A program made the translations under genes and the position numbers. Positions 56,689 to 64,000 of a stretch of DNA of 64,000 nucleotides are shown here, one piece after another. The stretch covers positions 10,543 through 74,542 of the forward strand of contig JAVKSL010000004.1 of assembly GCA_039583695.1 (NCBI GenBank). Direction: 5' to 3'. Under the pieces are notes generated by a model. That model did no database searches, was not told the origin of the DNA, and was given only the letters and a program-made list of their open reading frames with translations. Source of the stretch: Acidimicrobiales bacterium (GTDB lineage Bacteria; Actinomycetota; Acidimicrobiia; Acidimicrobiales; JAJPHD01). Position 1 is the stretch's first letter. Every line of letters starts with the position of its first letter.

Positions 56689-59600
56689 TCATCGCTCAGC
56701 TCGGAGCGTTGGCGCAGCTACCGCCCGCCGCGGCGGGTCGGATGCGACCACTGCGAGCGGGAATCCTCAACATCTGGGAGTACGACAACCAGGAGTTCTG
56801 GTTCGCCGACGGTCGCCTCATCCTGCGGGGGCAGAACACTGCGGGGAAGTCAAAGGCCTTGGAGCTGCTGTTGCCTTTCGTGCTGGACGGAGACATCCGT
56901 TCCGAGCGGCTCGACCCGTTCGGCTCGCGATCCAAGACGATGTACTGGAACCTGGTCGAGTTCTCCGAGGAGCGCTCGTCCGCCATCGGCTATTGCTGGG
57001 TGGAGTTCGGCCACGCCGACGCGGAGGCGACCGAGCGCTATGTCACCTGCATCGTGGGGATGCGCACGGCTCGCTCCGCGGGAAAGAGGGTAGATGTCTG
57101 GTGGGCGGTCACACCCGCCCGGGTTGGCCGGGATCTGGAGCTGGCGCCTGGCGGGACCCCGCTCACTGCCGAGCGGTTCAAGGCGGCCCTTCCAGAGCGC
57201 AGCGTGGTCTCCGCCTCGGCACGTGAGCACCGGGTTGCGGTGGATCGCGCCCTGTTCGGCCTGGGCACCGACCGTTACGAGGCACTGCTGCACCTTCTGC
57301 TTCGCCTTCGACGGCCGAAGCTTTCCGAGAAGCTGGACATGAGCCGCCTCGGCGAGTACCTGAGCGACGCCCTGCCCCCGCTGGAGCGCCACCGGATGGA
57401 GACACTGGCGCAGGCTTTTGCCCGGCTCGACGACGAGACTGCCGAGATCGAACGCCTCGAGGCGAGCGCGGGGGCACTGCGGGCGTTCCTCGGGCACTAC
57501 CGAGATCACGCCAAGGTGCACACCCGGCTGCGCTCAGATGCGGTGCGCTCCGCCAATAGCCGCTTCGACAAGGTTACCGAGACGGAGCGGCTCCAGCGAG
57601 CCGAGCAGGACTCGGCTACTGCCGTGCTGGCCAGCATCGAGGCCCGGCGCGTCGAGCTCCGGACCGGGATCGACGAGATGACCGGCCAGCTCATGGGCCT
57701 GGACCTGTCCAAGGTGCACGCACTCCGAGAGGTGGAGCACCGGGCCGCTGACGCCGAGCGCTACTGCTCAGCGCAGTCGAGCCGAGCCGGGGAGGACAGG
57801 GCCCGTCTCGCTGGCGCCGTGGAGGATCTCGAGGCGGCCGAGCACGACGCCGTCGTGGCGGAGGCCCGGCGGGACGCGGGCGCCGCCGCCATCGTGGTCT
57901 TGGCGGAGGGGGCTGGGCTGGGCGCGGAGCACAGGATGCATCAAAGCCAGTTGCTGGCCCAGCCGGAGCGGTCTGTCCCCGCCCTCGAAGGGGCCGCCGA
58001 GCGTCGGCGAGCTGCGCTCGCCGCCGTGCGGGTGGCCGGGGCAGAGGCCGGCAAAGCGCTGGCCCGGATCAGCGCCGACGAGCAATCCCTCCGTCGGGCC
58101 GAGGCAGCCCTGGGCGAAGCTGAGGAGGAGGAGTCCGGCGCATGGACTGCGTTGGAGAGCGCGGGAGCAGCCCTGGCCGAGGCGGTGGACGCCTGGGCGA
58201 CCGACTGGCACGTTGTGCTTCCGGAGGGCCACGCAGACCAGGTGGTGGAGCAAGCATCAGCTGGGAAGGCGCCCCGCGCCGGACCTCTGCTCGCCGAGGC
58301 ACGAGCGGATCTGAGAGCCCACCAAGTGGAGGTGGAGGCCGAGAGGCGCCGGGTCGGGAGCCGACGCTCAGAAGCGGAGGCCGAGCGGCGCCGGGTGGAG
58401 GAGGAGACCGGCGACGCTCCGCCCGCTCGCCCTGGACGTCCGGTTGCCCGGCCTGAGGGGTGCGCTCCACTGTGGTCGTGCGTGGACTTCGCGCCCGACC
58501 TGGATGCCGCAGGCCGGGCTGGTCTCGAGGCCGCCCTGGAGGCCTCCGGCCTGCTCGACGCCCTGGTTAGCCCCGCGGGCACCGTGCTCGACCCCGATAC
58601 CCTCGACACCTGGATCGGAGCCGACCCGGCAATGGCGGGGCCTGGATCCGCGGTGCCTGAATCGGGGGCGACCGGGGCGGGGGCTTTGGCCTGGCTGGTG
58701 CCGGCAACCGGGGCGCAGCTCGACGAAGCAATGATTCTCACAGCCCTGGCCGCCATCGGTTCAGCCGGAGCTGCGTGCATGACTGACGGCCGTTGGTCCG
58801 TCGGTCCACTTCGCGGCGCCTGGTCGAAGGAGTCGGCGGAATACGTGGGGGCCGCGGCTCGAGCGCAAGCGCGAACCCGGCGCCTCGCGGCCCTCGCAGT
58901 GGAGATTGCCTCCCTAGACTTGGAGCTGGCCGGGCTGAGCGACCGGGGCATGGCCTTGGCCGCAGAGCTGGACCGCTTGGACCGCGCCGAGCTGGCTTGG
59001 CCGTCGATAGACGCTCTCCGCGAGGCTGGGCACGCCCTTGGTAGGGCGCGCCAGGCAGTCGGTGCAGCTCAGGCGGTCCTGGCCCAAGCGACCCAGCGTG
59101 TGGAGCAGTCTCGTTCAGAGGGAAGAGAAGCCATCGACGGCCTCGCTCGGGCCGAGACCGCGGCCCGGTGCTCCGCCGGGACCCTCGACGAAGCATTCGA
59201 AGCTCTCGCCAGGTACACCAACGCCCTGGCAAGGCTGGCTGGGGACGTCCGGCAGGCTCTGGTTGCCAGAGCTGCCGCGCTGGGTGCCGCGGACCGGGCC
59301 CGGGCGGCAGAGGTGACCGCAGCCTCTTCGGCGGACGAGCTGGGCCGTGCCTTGGCTCGCTCCACCCAGGCCCTGGCAGAAGCTGACGAGCTCCGCCGGA
59401 CCAGTGGCGCAGATGCCGACGCCGTCCTGGCTCGTCACCGGGAGCTGTCAGCGGCCAAGGAGAGCGCCGAAGCAGAGCGCTCCGCGCTCGACCTCGCCCG
59501 AGACGAGGCCAGGGATCGCCTCACCACCGCCAGCACTCTGTTGGACGCCACCACGAAGGAGCGGCTCCAGCGCGAGAACGAGCGGACCCATGCGCTCCGG

Positions 59601-60755
59601 GCACTGGCACTGCTCGGCGCCACCGAGCTCGCCGTCCTGGCGCTGGGGCCCACCGATCCCGAGCGCGATCTCACCCAGGTGACCGCGGGGCTGGGATTCG
59701 CCCGCTCGGCTTACGAGCGACTGCGAGACGTGAGTGTCGACCAGGCCGCCCAAGACTCGGTGAGCAACCGGTTCCACAACGGTATGACCACGCTGAGAGC
59801 CCAGCTCGGCAGCGACTTCGACCCCTACCTGGACACAAGTGACGGGATCGAGGTGTGCTACGCCACCTTGAACGGCGAGGTCGTGGGGGCGAGCGCTCTG
59901 TCGGCTGCCCTGGAGACCCAGATCCGCCGCCGGCGTGAGACGTTGTCGGCCGAGGAGCGCCAGTTGATCGAGCGGCACCTGCTGACAGAGGTTGGCACCC
60001 ATCTGGGCGAGCAGGTACACGCCGCGTGGACACTGAAGAACCGGATGAACGATCAGCTTGCCGCCCACCCAACCCGGAGCGGCGTGAGCTTACGCCTCAC
60101 CTGGGAGGTCGCTCCCGACTCCTGGCCGGGCTCAGAGCAGGCGGTCCGGCTGCTGCGCCAGGAGGTGGCCTTGCTCGATCAAAACGACCGGGCGGCGCTT
60201 GCTGCGTTTCTGGCCGAGCGGGTCCGAGCCGCACGCGAGGACAACGAGGGAGTGGATGTGGTCGAGCGGCTGGCGACTGCGCTGGACTACCGGCTGTGGC
60301 ACCGTTTTTCCATATTCCGACGAGCCAACGGGCGCGAGGAGAAGCTCACCGCGCGCACCCAGGGTGTCGGGTCCGGTGGTGAACAGGCAAAGCTGGCTCA
60401 CCTGCCTCTCTTCGCCGCGACTGCCGCATATTACGCGTCCGCCAGACCCGATGCCCCTCGCCTGCTCATGCTGGACGAGGCATTCGCCGGTATCGACGAC
60501 AGCCAACGCGCCGACTGCATGGGCATGCTCGTCGACCTCGACCTCGACATGGTGCTCACCAACTACGCCGAATGGGGCTGCTATCCCGAGGTGCCTGCTG
60601 TCGCCGTGTACCACTTGGAACGTACCCCTGGGCGCCCCGGAGTGACCGCACTTCGCTTCGTGTGGGACGGCAACGCTCGACGTGAGGACGATCCGTGGTT
60701 GGATTCCCAGACTGCGATTGCTGCTGTTTGCGACGACGATGGCCTTTTCACCTGA
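56685..60755 (+). CDS. jetC: Wadjet type II JetC, SMC/MukB-like ATPase (TIGR02680-like)
   Basis: RAGILNIWEY, Walker A GQNTAGKS, long coiled coils, SGGE signature, LMLDEAFAGID; TTG start overlaps the jetB stop, SD ggagg. Confidence 0.9.
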   Translation: MIIAQLGALAQLPPAAAGRMRPLRAGILNIWEYDNQEFWFADGRLILRGQNTAGKSKALELLLPFVLDGDIRSERLDPFGSRSKTMYWNLVEFSEERSSAIGYCWVEFGHADAEATERYVTCIVGMRTARSAGKRVDVWWAVTPARVGRDLELAPGGTPLTAERFKAALPERSVVSASAREHRVAVDRALFGLGTDRYEALLHLLLRLRRPKLSEKLDMSRLGEYLSDALPPLERHRMETLAQAFARLDDETAEIERLEASAGALRAFLGHYRDHAKVHTRLRSDAVRSANSRFDKVTETERLQRAEQDSATAVLASIEARRVELRTGIDEMTGQLMGLDLSKVHALREVEHRAADAERYCSAQSSRAGEDRARLAGAVEDLEAAEHDAVVAEARRDAGAAAIVVLAEGAGLGAEHRMHQSQLLAQPERSVPALEGAAERRRAALAAVRVAGAEAGKALARISADEQSLRRAEAALGEAEEEESGAWTALESAGAALAEAVDAWATDWHVVLPEGHADQVVEQASAGKAPRAGPLLAEARADLRAHQVEVEAERRRVGSRRSEAEAERRRVEEETGDAPPARPGRPVARPEGCAPLWSCVDFAPDLDAAGRAGLEAALEASGLLDALVSPAGTVLDPDTLDTWIGADPAMAGPGSAVPESGATGAGALAWLVPATGAQLDEAMILTALAAIGSAGAACMTDGRWSVGPLRGAWSKESAEYVGAAARAQARTRRLAALAVEIASLDLELAGLSDRGMALAAELDRLDRAELAWPSIDALREAGHALGRARQAVGAAQAVLAQATQRVEQSRSEGREAIDGLARAETAARCSAGTLDEAFEALARYTNALARLAGDVRQALVARAAALGAADRARAAEVTAASSADELGRALARSTQALAEADELRRTSGADADAVLARHRELSAAKESAEAERSALDLARDEARDRLTTASTLLDATTKERLQRENERTHALRALALLGATELAVLALGPTDPERDLTQVTAGLGFARSAYERLRDVSVDQAAQDSVSNRFHNGMTTLRAQLGSDFDPYLDTSDGIEVCYATLNGEVVGASALSAALETQIRRRRETLSAEERQLIERHLLTEVGTHLGEQVHAAWTLKNRMNDQLAAHPTRSGVSLRLTWEVAPDSWPGSEQAVRLLRQEVALLDQNDRAALAAFLAERVRAAREDNEGVDVVERLATALDYRLWHRFSIFRRANGREEKLTARTQGVGSGGEQAKLAHLPLFAATAAYYASARPDAPRLLMLDEAFAGIDDSQRADCMGMLVDLDLDMVLTNYAEWGCYPEVPAVAVYHLERTPGRPGVTALRFVWDGNARREDDPWLDSQTAIAAVCDDDGLFT

Positions 60756-61992
60756 TTCAGCTGAGGACCGCCCGGTCCTTGCCGATCAACGCCTGCTCCC
60801 GCTCTGGCGCGCCTCGCACCGCAGGCTGGAGGCGACGGGCGGTCAGCTGGCGGGCGCCGCCGTCCACTTGGTTGACCTGGCACCAGATGAGCGTGCTGCG
60901 CTGGATCGGCTCCTCGGGATCCGCGCTCGGGGCCTAACTGTCCGGGTTCAGCTGGACCGCCTCGACCTGCTCCTGCGCACTCGCACCGGCAAGTCCCTGA
61001 TCGACGTCGTGACGGCCATCATCGGACCCTTGCGTGACCGCCCAGGCGAACGAGCGATCGCCCAGCACTGCGACTCCGTTCTCTGGGAGCACCTCCAAAG
61101 TCATCGAGCGCTGGACCAGCACCCCGCACTGGAGGGATGGCTGGAGCGCCTGCGGGCCAGCGGCAGCTGGCGCCGCCTCGACAATGCGGAGGCCCGCCTG
61201 ACTTGCGCGCTCGACGTGCTTGGTCAGCTACCCCTGGCCTCCCGAACCGGCCGATCCCGACTCGCCGCCCGTGTGCTCGGCGACGCGCACGCTCTCGACG
61301 ACACAAGCCCGACTGGACGGCTGGTCACAGCCGCCCTGGCGCATCTCAGCGGCTCCACCCAGACTCCGAGGGCGGCGCAGCGACGCGCCCTGTGGGCCGA
61401 GCGGGGAGTCGTCTTCGACGAGACATCCTCGACCGTGCTGACCCTGGGCCTGCGCCCGCGCCGGGTCGGTCCCCTCACCGAAGCGGCTCACCGCTGGGCT
61501 GACGGGGATACCCCGCTGCCGATCCCGCTGGCAGCGCTCCAAATCGAGAGCTGGGAGCTCGAGGCTGGCATTCCCGTGTGGGCTTGCGAGAACCCGTCGG
61601 TGCTGGCGGCAGCCACAGGAACAGGCGCAGCGATGGTGTGCCTCGAAGGCCGGCCCTCGCTGGCCGGGATGCTGCTGCTGAGGGCACTCACTGCCAGCGG
61701 CACCCTGCTCAGCTATCACGGCGACTTTGGCGGGGGCGGCCTGTCGATTGCCAACGCGATCATCGGAGAGATGGGCGCACGACCCTGGCGATTCGGTGTC
61801 GACGACCATCGCGCGGCCCTGGCCCGGGCAGCTGCTGGCGCTGTCGAGCTCCGCCCGTTGCGTGGCGCCGTCCCCGACGCCTGTTGGGACCCTGAGTTGG
61901 CACCCTCCGTCCGCGCCAGCGGGGTCGAGGTCGAGGAGGAGCTGGTCGTGGATGTGCTCCTCGGAGACTTGTGCTCAACAACGAATCGCTGA
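60739..61992 (+). CDS. jetD: Wadjet type II JetD, TOPRIM nuclease-like (TIGR02679/DUF2399-like)
   Basis: GDAHALD, SSTVLTLGL, CENPSV, YHGDF, PWRF, EEE..D.LL.DL. Confidence 0.85.
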   Translation: MAFSPDSAEDRPVLADQRLLPLWRASHRRLEATGGQLAGAAVHLVDLAPDERAALDRLLGIRARGLTVRVQLDRLDLLLRTRTGKSLIDVVTAIIGPLRDRPGERAIAQHCDSVLWEHLQSHRALDQHPALEGWLERLRASGSWRRLDNAEARLTCALDVLGQLPLASRTGRSRLAARVLGDAHALDDTSPTGRLVTAALAHLSGSTQTPRAAQRRALWAERGVVFDETSSTVLTLGLRPRRVGPLTEAAHRWADGDTPLPIPLAALQIESWELEAGIPVWACENPSVLAAATGTGAAMVCLEGRPSLAGMLLLRALTASGTLLSYHGDFGGGGLSIANAIIGEMGARPWRFGVDDHRAALARAAAGAVELRPLRGAVPDACWDPELAPSVRASGVEVEEELVVDVLLGDLCSTTNR

Positions 61993-62178
61993 TCATACGG
62001 CACCGTTGGCTGCGATCTGGGCGTCCGGCAAGGGCAGCCGGTACGATTGCCGCCCTGAGCACGAAGCAGCGTCTACCCTCGGCTTGGGCAGCTTGGGGCA
62101 CCTTTCGGCGCGAACATGACAATGACAGCACGTGGACTCAGTTGCACTCGGGCGCTGGAGAGGCCAGGCTGTCCGGTC

Positions 62179-63642
62179 ATGCAGGTCCCGCGGCCCCTCC
62201 CGCCCGAGCGCTTGCGGATCGCCCTGCTCGTGTACCGGGGCAACCCGCGCTGTGGGGGTCAGGGGGTGTACACCCGGTACCTCAGCACCGAGCTCGTAGC
62301 GCTCGGCCACGAGGTGACGGTCTTCGCAGGTCAGCCCTACCCGCAGCTGGAGGAAGGGGTGGGTTTCGTCGCCGTTCCCAGCTTGGACCTATACCGCCAG
62401 CCCGACCCCTTCCGCACCCCAAAGCTGGCCGAGATCCACTCGCCCACCGACCTGCTCGAGCTGGGGATCACCTGGACTGCAGGTTTTCCCGAGCCCCTCA
62501 CGTTCAGCCTGCGGGCACGCCGGCTCCTCCTGCCTCGCCGGGCGGATTTCGACCTGGTTCACGACAACCAGGGTCTCGGTCGCGGGCTGCTCGGGATGAT
62601 GAGAGACGGTTGGCCCGTGCTGGCCACGATCCACCATCCGATCACGGTGGACCGGGTGCTTGACCTGGCCCACGCCAAGACCCGGGGTCGCCGGATGACC
62701 CTGAGACGATGGTACGGCTTCGTCGGGATGCAGGTAACCGTAGCGCGGCGGGTTCCGAGACTGATCACCGTCTCGGAGTCTTCCCGGCGCGACATTGTGG
62801 ACCAGCTGGGGGTCCGGCCCGAACGCCTGGCCGTGGTTCCTATAGGCGTGGACCATGCACGATTCCGGCCCCTTCCCGAGGTGCGGGTGGTGCCAGGGCG
62901 CATGATGACCACCGCCAGTGCCGACGTGCCGCTCAAAGGGTTGGTGCCTCTGCTCGAGGCCCTGGCCAAGGTCCGCACCGAGCGCCACGCCGAGCTGGTG
63001 GTGGTGGGCGCGCCCCGTCCCGAGAGCCGGGTCGCCGAGACGATCGCCCGGCTCGGCCTGCAAGGCGCGGTGCGGTTCGTCTCCGAGGTGAGCGACCAGC
63101 GCATGGTCGAGCTTTGGGGCGAGGCGGAAGTGGCGGTCGTGCCGTCGCTTTACGAGGGCTTCTCGCTGCCGGCGGTGGAGGCGATGGCTTGTGGGCGGCC
63201 GGTGGTGGCGACCACCGGGGGGGCATTGCCCGAGGTTGTGGGGCGCCACGGCGAGACCGGGCTGCTGGTGCCCCCCGGGGACCCCTCGGCGCTGGCGGTC
63301 GCGCTGGGTCGGGTTCTGGACGACCCGGCGCTGGGGGAAAGGATTGGGGCAGCCGGACGCGCCAGGGCACTGGAACGCTTCACGTGGAGGGCCACCGCCA
63401 AGGGGACCGTCGAGCAGTACCGAGCCCTGTTGGCAGGTCCGGTCGACCCCCACAGGCTTTGGGCGATTTCGACACCCGAGCAGGCTGTCCCAAAATGGTC
63501 CCGGAGGGGCCTTCTTGTCTGCAAAAGCCCTGGTGGAGAGTCACCTCAGCACTGTTTTGGGACACCCGAGAGGTCGAAATTGCCCAAAGTACGCCCATCC
63601 CGCAGCCAGCCGAGCCGAGCCAGGGAGCCCTTCCCCTGCTGA
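62179..63642 (+). CDS. Glycosyltransferase family 4
   Basis: GGQGVY, HDNQ, TVSE, KG, PSLYEGFSLPAVEAMACG; atypical C-terminal extension. Confidence 0.92.
   Translation: MQVPRPLPPERLRIALLVYRGNPRCGGQGVYTRYLSTELVALGHEVTVFAGQPYPQLEEGVGFVAVPSLDLYRQPDPFRTPKLAEIHSPTDLLELGITWTAGFPEPLTFSLRARRLLLPRRADFDLVHDNQGLGRGLLGMMRDGWPVLATIHHPITVDRVLDLAHAKTRGRRMTLRRWYGFVGMQVTVARRVPRLITVSESSRRDIVDQLGVRPERLAVVPIGVDHARFRPLPEVRVVPGRMMTTASADVPLKGLVPLLEALAKVRTERHAELVVVGAPRPESRVAETIARLGLQGAVRFVSEVSDQRMVELWGEAEVAVVPSLYEGFSLPAVEAMACGRPVVATTGGALPEVVGRHGETGLLVPPGDPSALAVALGRVLDDPALGERIGAAGRARALERFTWRATAKGTVEQYRALLAGPVDPHRLWAISTPEQAVPKWSRRGLLVCKSPGGESPQHCFGTPERSKLPKVRPSRSQPSRAREPFPC
63457..63589. repeat. 133-bp nested palindromic (REP/MITE-like) element inside the GT4 3' end
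   Basis: ctttgggcgatttcgac / gtcgaaattgcccaaag (16/17) plus inner tgtcccaaaa / ttttgggaca (10/10). Confidence 0.7.
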
Positions 63643-64000
63643 CCGTCGATTACGCCCGACTCGGGCTGCGGCGGGGCGAGCTGCTCCTGGACCTGGGGTG
63701 TGGCGCTGGCCGCCACGCCTTCGAGGCGGTGCGCCTGGGGGCCCGCGCCGTCGCTGTGGACGCCGACGCGGCCGAGGTGACCGGGGTCGCGGCGATGCTG
63801 GCCCTCATGTCCGCCGAGGCAGGCCCGCCCACCGCCAGCGCCACCAGAACCGCCGGCACCAGGCCAGGAACCGGGACCGTGGTCCGGGCCGACGCCGGGT
63901 TGCTGCCGTTCGCCGACGCCACCTTCGACCGGGTGATCGCGGCAGAGGTCCTGGAGCACCTTCCGGCGGATACCGTGGCCATGGCCGAGCTGGCCCGGAT
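63636..64000 (+). CDS. Class I SAM-dependent methyltransferase, 3'-truncated by the window edge
   Basis: LTVDYARLGL...LLDLGCGAGRHAFEA...LPFADATFDRVIAAEVLEHL; not in the supplied ORF track. Confidence 0.88.
   Translation, partial: MLTVDYARLGLRRGELLLDLGCGAGRHAFEAVRLGARAVAVDADAAEVTGVAAMLALMSAEAGPPTASATRTAGTRPGTGTVVRADAGLLPFADATFDRVIAAEVLEHLPADTVAMAELAR

Noticed and set aside
53825-62178. Wadjet locus as a bounded mobile element
   Set aside because: No integrase, transposase, tRNA or convincing flanking direct repeat; only a short tccggcaa match on both sides

Overview
High-GC actinobacterial chromosomal segment; the gene content (mreB, RodZ-like protein, two whiB genes, groES-groEL after tsaEB-rimI-tsaD) suggests Acidimicrobiia, which is an inference. 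It is mostly housekeeping: serA, glmS, aroE-mltG-ruvX-alaS, moaE-mreB, the tsa operon, groESL with a perfect CIRCE, sugar and molybdate ABC transporters, and a cobalamin-riboswitch-controlled ECF importer. Accessory content is a four-gene type II Wadjet (jetABCD) SMC defence locus and a VapBC toxin-antitoxin pair. I found no rRNA, tRNA, CRISPR array, integrase or transposase. The most unusual signals are: two long interleaved complementary helices in the leader of a whiB gene (possible new RNA switch or pseudoknot); a JetD whose TOPRIM DxD reads DFG; an HtrA-like protein lacking all three catalytic residues; a small gene plus glmS behind a perfect 14-bp-arm palindrome; a CCAEP-tail radical SAM next to the B12 importer; and a REP/MITE-like palindrome family with one copy inside a coding sequence. 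Family assignments come from motif recognition by eye; no database search was run.
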